This document shows positions 36,914 through 46,126 of a stretch of 64,000 nt of DNA, piece after piece. Position 1 is the first letter of the stretch. Each line of letters begins with the position of its first letter. Under the pieces are notes generated by a model. It was not told the origin of the DNA and searched no databases. It was given only the letters and a program-made list of their open reading frames with translations. The DNA comes from Rhodomicrobium sp. (GTDB lineage: Bacteria > Pseudomonadota > Alphaproteobacteria > Rhizobiales > Rhodomicrobiaceae). The position numbers and the translations under genes are program-made. The stretch covers positions 13,247 to 77,246 of the forward strand of contig JANNOQ010000095.1 of the NCBI GenBank assembly GCA_031399085.1. The letters are read 5' to 3'.

Positions 36914-38360
36914 ATTTCGGCGGCTGGCTGGTATCGAAATTTGGCATTGTCGGCGTTCCGCCATCGCCACCCGCCGGCCCGAGATTGCGGAATTGCTGCT
37001 CGACCGCCGACGGGTCCATGATGGTTGTCTTGCTGAGCCAATAGGTCACCATTTCCGGCCAGGCGATCATGATCGCCACCAGGATGAGCTGGAGGATGAT
37101 CCACGGGATCGAGCCGAGATAAATGTCCCGGCTTTTCACCTCCGGCGGCGCGACGCCGCGCAGATAGAACAGCGCAAAGCCGAAAGGCGGGTGCATGAAG
37201 CTCGTTTGGATATTGGCGCAGATGAGCAGGCCGAACCAGATCAGGTCGATGCCAAGCTTCTCCGCTACCGGCGCCAGCAGAGGGATGATGATGAAGGCGA
37301 TTTCGAAGAAATCGAGAAAGAACGCGATGAAGAAGATAAAGACCATCGTGAAAATGAGGAAGCCAGTCTGACCTCCCGGAAGCCCGGTCAGCATCTCCTC
37401 GATCCAAAGCCCGCCGCCGACGCCCTGGAAGATCAGGCTGAAGACGCGCGAGCCGATCAGGATGAACACCACCATGGCGGTGATCCGCATAGTCGACGTC
37501 ATCGCCTCATAGGCCAGCTTCCAGGTCAGCGTGCCATATAGCATAGCCAGCACGAGGGCGCCGACCGCGCCCATCGCGCCCGCTTCGGTCGGGGTGGCGA
37601 GCCCCGTGAAAATGGTGCCGAGCACGAGAAAGATCAGCGCCGCCGACGGCACGATGCCGCGAAGGCTTTTCCACAAGAGCGGCCAGCCGCGCAGCGTTCT
37701 GGCCTCGATCGGCAGGGCGGGCACATGGTCTGGCCGTATGACGCTGAGGATCGCAACCCAAATGACGAACAAGCTTATTTGCATGATGCTCGGGCCGATC
37801 GAGCCGGCATACATATCGCCGACGGATTTGCCCAACACATCGGCAAGCACGATGAGCACGAGCGAGGGCGGAATGAGCTGAGTGATCGTCCCCGACGCCG
37901 CGATGACGCCGGTCGCGTGCTTCATGTTATAGCCGTAGCGAATCATGACCGGCAGCGAAATGACGCCCATCGCGATGACCGAGGCCGCCACGGTGCCGGT
38001 GATCGCGCCGAGGATCGCGCCGACGAAGATAACCGCATAAGAAAGCCCGCCGCGAATGGGTCCAAAGAGCTGCCCTATGGAGTCAAGCAGGTCCTCCGCG
38101 AGGCCGCACCTTTCTAGGACGGCGCCCATGAAGGTGAAGAAGGGTATGGCAAGCAGCAGATCGTTGGAAATGATGCCGAAAAGCTGGAACGGCAGCGCGC
38201 CAAGAAAGCTCGGGTCGATCACCCCCAACTCGATGGCGATAAAGCCGAAGAACAGTCCGACGGCCGCCAATGAGAACGCCGCCGGATAGCCGATGAGCAG
38301 GAAAATGATAAGGCCGCCGAACATGGCGGGGCCGAGATTGTCCCTGATGAGCTCCATCAT
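36906..38360 (-). CDS. TRAP transporter large permease subunit (DctM-like, long form)
   Basis: 484 aa and polytopic. Motifs are FTFMGAVLERCGLAEDL and ASGTITQLIPPS. An extended hydrophilic C-terminus is present. The 3' end overlaps the convergent gene by 8 nt. Confidence 0.9.
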   Translation of the reverse strand: MMELIRDNLGPAMFGGLIIFLLIGYPAAFSLAAVGLFFGFIAIELGVIDPSFLGALPFQLFGIISNDLLLAIPFFTFMGAVLERCGLAEDLLDSIGQLFGPIRGGLSYAVIFVGAILGAITGTVAASVIAMGVISLPVMIRYGYNMKHATGVIAASGTITQLIPPSLVLIVLADVLGKSVGDMYAGSIGPSIMQISLFVIWVAILSVIRPDHVPALPIEARTLRGWPLLWKSLRGIVPSAALIFLVLGTIFTGLATPTEAGAMGAVGALVLAMLYGTLTWKLAYEAMTSTMRITAMVVFILIGSRVFSLIFQGVGGGLWIEEMLTGLPGGQTGFLIFTMVFIFFIAFFLDFFEIAFIIIPLLAPVAEKLGIDLIWFGLLICANIQTSFMHPPFGFALFYLRGVAPPEVKSRDIYLGSIPWIILQLILVAIMIAWPEMVTYWLSKTTIMDPSAVEQQFRNLGPAGGDGGTPTMPNFDTSQPPKFN

Positions 38361-38968
38361 TGTAGCGGCGTATGATATTCGATTTCATCGACTTCGAGAC
38401 CCCGAAGCGCGGCGGCGCGTTTGATGATCTCGGACACCCCTTGCAGCGCCAGCAGAGCGAAGCCGACCGGTAGCATCAATTTCACCGGCCAGCGAAGGAG
38501 GCCGCCTGCATTGGACGACATCTCATTGATCTCCCAAGACTGCACGAAAACCGGCCAGGTGAAATAGATCATAATCAGGCACATCGGCATGAGAAATACA
38601 ACGCCGCCGAGCAGGTCGATCCATTCCCGCGCCTTGTTCGAAACGGAGCCGTAGACCAGATCGACCCGGACATGCTCATTGCGCCGCAAGGTCTCCGCCG
38701 CCCCGAGCAGCACCATGGCCGCGAACATGTACCACTGAACTTCGAGCCAGGCGTTTGAACTGGCGTTCAGCGTATAACGGGACACCGCGTTGCCCGCGCT
38801 GACGAGAACCGCGAGCAGGATGAGGCTGGCCGCGACGATCCCCGCCGCTTGCGATATCCGGTCAATAATCTTGGTGAGCGGGAGCAGGCGCGGGCCAGCA
38901 CGCAAAGCGCCGACGACAACCATCGCCATAATGAAGACGATCGCAACGGCGGCGATGATCTTAAGCAC
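38357..38968 (-). CDS. TRAP transporter small permease subunit (DctQ-like)
   Basis: 203 aa with 4 TM segments. It overlaps the dctM start by 4 nt. Confidence 0.85.
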   Translation of the reverse strand: MLKIIAAVAIVFIMAMVVVGALRAGPRLLPLTKIIDRISQAAGIVAASLILLAVLVSAGNAVSRYTLNASSNAWLEVQWYMFAAMVLLGAAETLRRNEHVRVDLVYGSVSNKAREWIDLLGGVVFLMPMCLIMIYFTWPVFVQSWEINEMSSNAGGLLRWPVKLMLPVGFALLALQGVSEIIKRAAALRGLEVDEIEYHTPLQ

Positions 38969-39197
38969 GCTCGTCCCCCCCCACGCGTCTCGAATTTATC
39001 GAGGTTTAATTTTCACCGTTGCAAACCGAATCTTGACGGCAGCCGGCGCGCGTAAACGGATCATAAGGTTTGGGCTACGGTGCGCAAAGGGAAAAAACCC
39101 GCAGGCGTAAGTACAGCGCTTCGATCGTTCGCTAAGGGAATTTTGACGGCGGCGCTGCACTGGTCTAAATATGGGCGGCAGACGAAAGCCGCGCCCG

Positions 39198-40289
39198 ATG
39201 TCGCATAACAGCTTCGGCCACCTCTTCCGCGTGACCACCTGGGGCGAAAGCCACGGGCCTTCGATCGGCTGCGTCGTGGATGGCTGCCCGCCGGGCATCC
39301 CGTTGACCGAGGCCGACATCCAGCCCTTTCTGGATAAGCGCCGTCCCGGCCTGTCGCGCTTCACTACGCAGCGTCAGGAAGCCGACGAGGTGAAAATTCT
39401 CTCGGGGGTGTTCGCGGATCGTAAGGGCATGCAGGTCACGACCGGCACGCCGATTTCGCTGCTGATCGAAAACACCGATCAGCGTTCCAAGGATTATGGC
39501 GAGATCAAAGACAAATATCGGCCGGGCCACGCCGATTTCACCTATATGGCCAAATATGGCATTCGCGACTATCGCGGCGGCGGCCGTTCCTCGGCGCGCG
39601 AAACCGCCATGCGGGTGGCGGCTGGGGCGATTGCGCGTAAAGTCGTGCCAGGACTGACGATTCGCGGGGCGCTGGTGCAGCTCGGCTCGGAACAAATCGA
39701 GCGGGCGAATTGGGATTGGGACGAGGTCGAGCGCAATCCGTTCTTTTCGCCCGATCATGCCAGCGTCCAAGGTTGGGCCGCGTATCTCGATGGGGTGCGC
39801 AAGAGCGGCTCTTCCTGCGGCGCGGTGATCGAAATCGTGGCCGAGGGCATTCCGGCGGGGCTTGGAGCGCCGATTTACGGCAAGCTCGACCAGGATATTG
39901 CCAGCGCACTGATGAGCATCAATGCGGTGAAGGGCGTCGAAATCGGCGCGGGCTTCGCCGCCGCCAGCCTTTCGGGCGAGGAAAATGCCGACGAGATGCG
40001 CATTGGCGCGGACGGACGGCCTGCCTTCCTTTCGAACAAGGCTGGCGGAATTTTGGGCGGCATCTCCACTGGCCAGCCCGTCGTTGCACGGTTTGCAGTC
40101 AAGCCGACCTCATCGATCTTGACGCCGCGCCGCACAATCGACAGCCTTGGCCAGGAGACCGATATCGCCACCAAGGGGCGGCACGATCCTTGCGTCGGGA
40201 TCAGGGCGGTGCCGGTGGGCGAGGCGATGATGGCCCTCGTGCTGGCGGACCATTATTTGCGCCATCGGGGGCAATGCGGGGCGCTTTGA
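39198..40289 (+). CDS. aroC: chorismate synthase
   Basis: Lies in ORF 39171..40289; the start is probably ATG 39198 ([20 protein letters not shown]). Confidence 0.95.
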   Translation: MSHNSFGHLFRVTTWGESHGPSIGCVVDGCPPGIPLTEADIQPFLDKRRPGLSRFTTQRQEADEVKILSGVFADRKGMQVTTGTPISLLIENTDQRSKDYGEIKDKYRPGHADFTYMAKYGIRDYRGGGRSSARETAMRVAAGAIARKVVPGLTIRGALVQLGSEQIERANWDWDEVERNPFFSPDHASVQGWAAYLDGVRKSGSSCGAVIEIVAEGIPAGLGAPIYGKLDQDIASALMSINAVKGVEIGAGFAAASLSGEENADEMRIGADGRPAFLSNKAGGILGGISTGQPVVARFAVKPTSSILTPRRTIDSLGQETDIATKGRHDPCVGIRAVPVGEAMMALVLADHYLRHRGQCGAL

Positions 40290-40852
40290 TGTCCAAGAAA
40301 GCATGGGGGAGATTAGCGCCGATGCAGGCAGACGCCGAGGTGCCCGAATTCGTCGAGCGGGGATATCACCTGCAATATGCGAAAGACGCCGGCGATTTTC
40401 GCTTCAACGTCATGGCGATCTTGACCGCCTTGGCCATCGGTATGTTCGCCGCAACCGGATATGACATGCTCGTGGTGGTCGGCGCGACAACCGGATGCGT
40501 GGCTTATTATTTCTACCCGCTAAAGGAGCGCAAGCCGAGAATTGGCGCGGGGCAATACGGTATCTTCGTCGACGGTTTCGGGTTGATCGGCTGGCGCGCC
40601 ATTGGCGACATTCAGCTCGTCACCCATGCCTCGCGCTTTTCGGAAACCGATGAGCTGCAAATCCGCCTGAAAACCTCATTGGACAACGCATTGCTCGCTG
40701 ATTGGCGAAGGCTTCCGATCTGGCGGCTATTGATGAAACTGCCCTGGACGATGTCTTACGATAATGTCGTGCGCATCCCGCTTGCGCCCTTCGGCTCGCC
40801 GCCCGAGGAGATTCAAAGACAATTTCAGCGTCTGTGGAAATATTACCGCTAG
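40289..40852 (+). CDS. hypothetical membrane protein, translationally coupled to aroC
   Basis: This is the in-frame distal part of ORF 39710..40852. ATG 40289 overlaps the aroC stop (TGATG). The product is 187 aa ([13 protein letters not shown]...). It has two adjacent TM helices (FNVMAILTALAIGMFAATGYDMLVVVGATTGCVAYYFY) followed by a soluble domain. Confidence 0.6.
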   Translation: MSKKAWGRLAPMQADAEVPEFVERGYHLQYAKDAGDFRFNVMAILTALAIGMFAATGYDMLVVVGATTGCVAYYFYPLKERKPRIGAGQYGIFVDGFGLIGWRAIGDIQLVTHASRFSETDELQIRLKTSLDNALLADWRRLPIWRLLMKLPWTMSYDNVVRIPLAPFGSPPEEIQRQFQRLWKYYR

Positions 40853-40992
40853 AGCTGACCACGGAAATTTTGTCGCTTAGATTTCACGGCCTGCGTCCGA
40901 GACTTTTCAGTATTCCCCGTCAATTGGCGACCAATACTAGACGCAGAGAATGCGCCCCGCTAATCTTCGCCCCATAACGCCTGGAGGCGAAC

Positions 40993-41226
40993 ATGACTCT
41001 CATATGGCTTGGCGCGTTGCTCATTCTCGGCGGAGTGGTGTTTATGGCTATCCAGCCGATCTGGCGAGGCCGGCTGAGCGGCGTAAGGCCCGTGCGCCCG
41101 GGACGGCCGGGAAACACCCTCGAACCTCGGCTGCCGGCGAGAGGCCTCGACATGAAATCGAATTGGCCCGGTCTTGCAATGATGGCGTTCGGCGCCGTTC
41201 TCTTGCTTGCCGGGGCCGCGTCTTGA
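40993..41226 (+). CDS. small two-TM membrane protein (hypothetical)
   Basis: 77 aa with SD GGAGG 6 nt upstream. The TM helices are LIWLGALLILGGVVFMAI and WPGLAMMAFGAVLLLAGAA. Confidence 0.5.
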   Translation: MTLIWLGALLILGGVVFMAIQPIWRGRLSGVRPVRPGRPGNTLEPRLPARGLDMKSNWPGLAMMAFGAVLLLAGAAS

Positions 41227-41262
41227 GTTTTGGCGGTTCGTTTGGCCCGCAAAGACCTTCGT

Positions 41263-41706
41263 TTATTGGCCGGGCCGCAGAATGAGCCATACGCCTGTAA
41301 GCAACAGGATCGCACCGGCTATCTTTTGCAGTGTTACAGGGTGGGGCGATTGCAGAATACCGAAATGGTCAAAGACCATCGAGCCGAACATCTGGCCCGC
41401 CACGACGATGGCAATCATCGCCGCCGCGCCGAGCTTTGGAACAGTGAACGCCGCTTGCGCCACGAAAAATACCCCGGCGATACCCGTAATCCAGCCGTAA
41501 AGCGGCACCTGGCCGATCTGAGCCGCCGTCGGCACTGGCGAGCGGATCGCGAGCAGAATTGCGATCAGCATGATCGTCCCGCCGAGGAAATTGACGAGCG
41601 TGGCTAGGAAAGCTCCGCCCAGCACATCGCTGGTCCGCGCATTGACCAGCGCTTGCAGCGGCAAGAAGAAGCCGGCGAGCGCCGCCAGCGCGATATATTG
41701 GAGCAT
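41263..41706 (-). CDS. DMT family transporter (DUF606/YdcZ-like)
   Basis: 147 aa with 4-5 TM segments, beginning MLQYIALAALAGFFLPLQALVNAR. Confidence 0.8.
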   Translation of the reverse strand: MLQYIALAALAGFFLPLQALVNARTSDVLGGAFLATLVNFLGGTIMLIAILLAIRSPVPTAAQIGQVPLYGWITGIAGVFFVAQAAFTVPKLGAAAMIAIVVAGQMFGSMVFDHFGILQSPHPVTLQKIAGAILLLTGVWLILRPGQ

Positions 41707-41724
41707 TGTGTCTCCGGCTTAGCT

Positions 41725-42771
41725 CTAAAGAGCGATCGGCTTTTGTCCTACTACGACCTTGGAGAGAAAGGCCAGCGACGTTTCGACCTGTTCAAAACCG
41801 CAATCGGTGAACAGCGCGTTGAGATCATCGCCGAGATAATGCTCGTAATAGGGCTCGTGGAAGCGCACGGGGAAGGCTTCCAACAGTCCGTCATAGCGCG
41901 GCTCGTCGCCCCATTGCAGGGAGTCGACCAGCACATAGATGCCGCCTGGCTTCAGGACGCGCAAAATCTCGGTCGTGACCTTGCGGCGCACATCGCCGGG
42001 TAGCTCGTGATACAGGAAGACCGAGGTGGCGATGTCCTGACTGGCGTCAGGCAAGGGCAGCGCCTCGCCATTGCCCTGCATCACCTGGACCGTGCGGCGG
42101 CCGGCCAGATGCTCCCGCGCTGCCTCGACATAGGCGGCGGAGAGGTCGATGCCGGTCATCGGCATCGCCGGGAAGGCTTGAGCCGCCTGGCCGAGGAAGC
42201 GCCCCGTGCCGCAGGCCACGTCGAGCATGGATAGCGCGCGCTGGTCCTTGCCGCGCACAAAGGCCGCAATCGGCGCCAACGCTTGGCGACGCATCGCCCC
42301 GGATGTGCCGATGAACAGCGTGTCCACCTGGATGTCGTAGAGCTGCGCGGACTCCTCGCTCAAATAGCCGTCGGTCTGGTAGTGAAAATTGCGGGCATAA
42401 TAGTCGGGGAGCCCTTGGGCTTCGGGCATTGCCGCCGCCTCCTCGGCCCGACCGGCGAGCCGGCGTTCAATGGAGGCAGGCAGGTCGGCGAACATGCGTC
42501 GGAGCGCCTCGATATGGCCCGCAATCGACTCCTCGTCCTCTATCGCGGGATAGAGGCCAAGGCGGACATTTTCGGCGTCGCGCCGCTGTAGGGTGAGAGC
42601 GGCCCTAAAAAGTTCGCCTTCGCCCGGGGTCGGCCGGGTCGGCTTGAAGCGCGGAACGCCCTCGCTCAATTTGGCGACCCGCCGCCCCATAATCCCGGCG
42701 ACCGCCGCATACCAGCCGGTGCGCGCCGTCTTGGTTGCCAAATGCGCGTAGGCTTCAAAACTGTTCGGCAT
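41725..42771 (-). CDS. class I SAM-dependent methyltransferase
   Basis: Lies in ORF 41725..43302; the realistic start is ATG 42771 (MPNSFEAYAHL...). The SAM motif is LDVACGTGRFLG and the product is 348 aa. The longer N-terminal extension runs antisense through cobB. Confidence 0.85.
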   Translation of the reverse strand: MPNSFEAYAHLATKTARTGWYAAVAGIMGRRVAKLSEGVPRFKPTRPTPGEGELFRAALTLQRRDAENVRLGLYPAIEDEESIAGHIEALRRMFADLPASIERRLAGRAEEAAAMPEAQGLPDYYARNFHYQTDGYLSEESAQLYDIQVDTLFIGTSGAMRRQALAPIAAFVRGKDQRALSMLDVACGTGRFLGQAAQAFPAMPMTGIDLSAAYVEAAREHLAGRRTVQVMQGNGEALPLPDASQDIATSVFLYHELPGDVRRKVTTEILRVLKPGGIYVLVDSLQWGDEPRYDGLLEAFPVRFHEPYYEHYLGDDLNALFTDCGFEQVETSLAFLSKVVVGQKPIAL

Positions 42772-42822
42772 CGCCAATCTCCGGTAATCTGCATTTCGTT
42801 GGGCCGCAAGAGCGCAGGGGTC

Positions 42823-43536
42823 ATGCTCGCATTTCAAAAGATCGTCGTGCTCACCGGTGCGGGCCTTTCGGCCGAGTCCGGCATTTCCACTTTCCGCGAC
42901 AAGGACGGCGTTTGGGCGAAATATGATTATCGCCATGTCGCCACGCCAGAGGGATATCGCCGCAACCCGGCGCTCGTGCTCGACTTCTATAATACGCGCC
43001 GCCGGCAGAATCGGGGAGTGCAGCCGAATGCCGCGCATCGCGCGCTGGCGCGGCTGGAGGCCGAACATCCCGGCGAGGTGTTGATCGTGACGCAGAATGT
43101 CGATGCGCTGCATGAGGCGGCGGGCAGCCGAAATCTTATTCATATGCACGGTGAGCTCGGGAAAATGTTGTGCTCTGAATGCGACTTCAGGGAGCCGATC
43201 GCGGAGGATTATGAGATCACGGTCGAAAGCCCGTGCGCGGCCTGCGCGAGCGTCGGCGTCCTGCGTCCCGACGTCGTCTGGTTCGGCGAGATGCCCTACC
43301 ACATGGAGCGCATCTACGAAGCGCTGTCACAGGCCGATCTGTTTATCTCGGTGGGCACCAGCGGGACGGTCTATCCGGCAGCGGGCTTCGTGGCCGAAGC
43401 GCGCGCGGCCGGAGCGCATACGGTCGAGCTCAATCTGGAGCCGTCCGAAGGCGTTTCGCATTTTCACGAAACGGTCCACGGCAGGGCGACGGAGGTGGTG
43501 CCAGGCTATGTGGATCGGCTGCTGAAGACGGCGTAA
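42823..43536 (+). CDS. cobB: NAD-dependent protein deacylase (Sir2 family)
   Basis: Lies in ORF 42742..43536; the start is ATG 42823 (MLAFQKIVVLTGAGLSAESGISTFRD). Motifs are TQNVDALHE and the Zn ribbon CSEC...CAAC. Confidence 0.92.
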   Translation: MLAFQKIVVLTGAGLSAESGISTFRDKDGVWAKYDYRHVATPEGYRRNPALVLDFYNTRRRQNRGVQPNAAHRALARLEAEHPGEVLIVTQNVDALHEAAGSRNLIHMHGELGKMLCSECDFREPIAEDYEITVESPCAACASVGVLRPDVVWFGEMPYHMERIYEALSQADLFISVGTSGTVYPAAGFVAEARAAGAHTVELNLEPSEGVSHFHETVHGRATEVVPGYVDRLLKTA

Positions 43537-43622
43537 TAGGAGCAGTTTTGCGATGAGGTCATACGAGGTCGGAGCCGAACTCCCTCTGCCATTGGAGACC
43601 TATACGAAACAGCATCCTCCGC

Positions 43623-43723
43623 GTCGTCCCGGCCGAAGAGCCGGGACCCATTGGCTTGATACACTACAAAGCACTTGCCAAGGGCGATGGGTCCCGGATA
43701 GCCCTGCGGGCTTCCGGGACGAC
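43623..43723. repeat. REP/MITE-like nested palindromic element (~100 bp)
   Basis: The outer IR is GTCGTCCCGG (43623-43632) / CCGGGACGAC (43714-43723). The inner IR is GGGACCCA (43643-43650) / TGGGTCCC (43688-43695). Local hairpins are TCCCGG-N8-CCGGGA (43627-43646) and TCCCGGA-N14-TCCGGGA (43692-43719). Confidence 0.7.
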
Positions 43724-43793
43724 AAGTGGAGCAGCCTCGTTTCGTAGAAGTCTCCATTGGGAGAGGGTTCGCTCTAGCAACTCGGGGCGGGCC

Positions 43794-44261
43794 TCAATTC
43801 CCACCGATCGCCGAATTGACCACACCGAACTTCTTCGTCACCGACTCGGCAAGCTGTTCGAACTGCCCCTTATCGTCCCCGATCGAGAGCGTGCGCTGGC
43901 AGTCCGGCGCGCAGTGGAGGGATTGCCGCACCGTGCCCTTATACAGCGTGACCTGGCGCACATCGCCGTCGCGCACAGCCATCGACGCGACGAAGATCTC
44001 GCGGCCCTCGCCGTCCAGCGCAATCAGATTTGTCGCGCCATAGGATTTGCCCGTGACCACCAGAAGCCGCGCGTGCTGCGCCGTTACATCCGCGATAGCA
44101 GGATTGCCGACGATGATCTGCGCGGCGTCGCCGTCAAGACGGATCAGCCTCGCCTCGTCGATGGTGACATCGATTAAAGTCAGGTCCGCGGCCCGCAAAG
44201 CGCATGTCCACCACAACAGCGTGAACAGCAGCAAACAGCCGACATTGCGCAAACAGACCAT
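43794..44261 (-). CDS. pilus formation protein N-terminal domain-containing secreted protein
   Basis: 155 aa with a signal peptide (CLLLFTLLWWTCALRA). DEARLIRLDGDAAQIIVGNPAIADVTAQHARLLVVTGKSYGATNLIALD matches the CpaC/secretin N-terminal (T2SS-T3SS_pil_N-type) pattern. Confidence 0.7.
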   Translation of the reverse strand: MVCLRNVGCLLLFTLLWWTCALRAADLTLIDVTIDEARLIRLDGDAAQIIVGNPAIADVTAQHARLLVVTGKSYGATNLIALDGEGREIFVASMAVRDGDVRQVTLYKGTVRQSLHCAPDCQRTLSIGDDKGQFEQLAESVTKKFGVVNSAIGGN

Positions 44262-44433
44262 GGAACTCTCCCGGGGCTAAAAGCCAGCGCCTGATCGTTT
44301 CACAACTCACGGCGAAGCGTCCCATTCCGTACAGGGATGAGATTGCCTCCGTCTGAGACGACCTTGCGCGATCACTTGGCAGCGCGCCCGGTAAAGAAGA
44401 CTTTAATTCGGGCGATCCGGGAAACTACGGAGT

Positions 44434-45084
44434 CTACTTCTTCGCGGCCTTGGCGGCGGGCTTTTTCGCAGCCGGCTTTGCCACGGGCTTTGCAGCAGTC
44501 TTCTTCGGCGCAGGCGCAGCCGCTTTCGCGGGTGACTTGGCCGCAGGCTTCGCCGCAACCTTCGAAGCGGCTTTCGGCGCTTCCTTGGCAGCGGTCTTAG
44601 GAGCAGCCTTCGGCGCCGCCTTGACGGTCATTTTAGCGGCCGCCGCTTTCGGAGCGCTCTTAGGCGCTTTTTTCAATCCAGCCATTTCGCAGATAATCTC
44701 CCATTCTTTTTCGGTTACGGGTTGTACTGACAGACGAGACTGCTTTACCAGCGCCATTTCATCGAGACGCGGATCGGCTTTGGTTTCGGCGAGCGTCACG
44801 GGCTCGGGCAACGGCATGACTGCGGCAACATCGACGCAAAACCATATGCCAGTATTATCCTTCGAATCCGGATGCGCGTCTGAAATTATTTTAACGATAC
44901 CTACGATACGTTTCTCATCAACCGAATGATAAAAGAAGCCAAGTTCGCCGCGGCGCATGGCGAGCATGTTGAGCTTGGCCGTGTGGTTGCGCACGCCGTT
45001 CCATTCCTCACCCCGCTCGCCCCTTGCCACCTGATCGTCCCAGGACCAGGTCGCGGGTTCGGTCTTGAACAGCCAGTACGCCAT
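44434..45084 (-). CDS. EVE (PUA-like) domain protein with C-terminal histone-H1-like Ala/Lys/Pro tail
   Basis: 216 aa. The N-terminal ~140 aa follow the EVE pattern (MAYWLFKTEPATWSWDDQ...WNGVRNHTAKLNMLAMRRGELGFFYHSV...IVGIVKIISDAHPD). The C-terminal ~75 aa are KAPKSAPKAAAAK...AKPAAKKPAAKAAKK. Confidence 0.85.
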   Translation of the reverse strand: MAYWLFKTEPATWSWDDQVARGERGEEWNGVRNHTAKLNMLAMRRGELGFFYHSVDEKRIVGIVKIISDAHPDSKDNTGIWFCVDVAAVMPLPEPVTLAETKADPRLDEMALVKQSRLSVQPVTEKEWEIICEMAGLKKAPKSAPKAAAAKMTVKAAPKAAPKTAAKEAPKAASKVAAKPAAKSPAKAAAPAPKKTAAKPVAKPAAKKPAAKAAKK

Positions 45085-45223
45085 TGCCCCCCAGCGCTTG
45101 CGAATCGCAACTGGGTGCGAGACTAGGCCAATCGACGGCGCGCGGCACCGAAGACTTTCAACTTTATACAGATTTCGGAATGTGCGGCCAGCGCGAATGA
45201 GCGGACCTGAAGGCGGCTACGCG

Positions 45224-46024
45224 CTATTTCTTGGGAGCGGAGACTTTTGCTGCGCCAAGCATCGCGTGGGATTTATCAGATTGCAGAAACCCCGCGCACG
45301 CGTCAAACGCCGCGCCGCGCGGGATCGGAACGTCGTAGCGCGCCGCCCGGCCGTCCCAAGATCCAGCAGGCAAAAGCTGGCGGACAACATTCGTATAGGT
45401 GATCTCGCGGCCGTTATTCTCTCCGCGGCCGATATCGACGGTAACGGCGTTGCTGTAGCAAGCGAGCCACATCCGGCCGGAGCGGAACGCGCCGTTCTCC
45501 GGCGCGTCGCCCACATCCAGCTGAACATTGCCGCCCGCCAAACTCAGCGAAACCGGCACCCAGGATTTCTCAAGCAGACTGGCCGATTTTTTCATCGCTG
45601 CTTCGATGGCCGAGCGCTGACTGCCGACCGCGTGAACCATGCCGTTGACGACAAGCTGCGGCGTATAAATTTCGCGATCCCCGCGCGCGTCCGCGTAGTT
45701 CCGCTGCCGCTCATTGAAGGCATCCTTGGCAAGCGTGTCTTTCCAACCGAGATGATCCCAATAGCTGACCGGAAAGCTTAGGGTCAACACATCGTCGCGC
45801 TTAGAAAACTGTTGGAGAAGCACGTCAGCGGGCGGGCATGACGAACAGCCCTGACTGGTAAAGAGTTCAAGGACATCCATGCGTTTCTGATCGCCTGCCC
45901 AAGACGGTGAAATAAAAGTTGCCAGAACAATCGATCCAAGGAAGATGCCGGTTATAAAACCTACGAAACGATTTATGGAGGCATAGACGCGCCAAAGCGC
46001 GTCTTGAGACCGTAAGCTGTTCAT
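45224..46024 (-). CDS. DUF1223 domain-containing (thioredoxin-fold) protein
   Basis: 266 aa with an N-terminal anchor, then ELFTSQGCSSCPPADVLLQQFSKRDDVLTLSFPVSYWDHLGWKD. Confidence 0.85.
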   Translation of the reverse strand: MNSLRSQDALWRVYASINRFVGFITGIFLGSIVLATFISPSWAGDQKRMDVLELFTSQGCSSCPPADVLLQQFSKRDDVLTLSFPVSYWDHLGWKDTLAKDAFNERQRNYADARGDREIYTPQLVVNGMVHAVGSQRSAIEAAMKKSASLLEKSWVPVSLSLAGGNVQLDVGDAPENGAFRSGRMWLACYSNAVTVDIGRGENNGREITYTNVVRQLLPAGSWDGRAARYDVPIPRGAAFDACAGFLQSDKSHAMLGAAKVSAPKK

Positions 46025-46126
46025 GTAAATTGGAAAACCTCACCATCCGCAATCGTGCTGAAAAGTATCTCGCGGCCCATGCTCAATAGCTAGTCACGAG
46101 TGGGTGACAATTTCAGCCTCGAACCA

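Noticed and set aside
39710-40288. First half of ORF 39710..40852 (380 aa).
   Set aside because: This part is an alternative frame of aroC with an Arg/Gly-rich translation. Only the segment from ATG 40289 onward looks like a real, membrane-type protein.
42772-43302. N-terminal 177-aa extension of ORF 41725..43302 (methyltransferase).
   Set aside because: The extension runs antisense through the cobB coding region and has no methyltransferase-like sequence. The methyltransferase domain begins after the internal Met (MPNSFEAY, ATG 42771).
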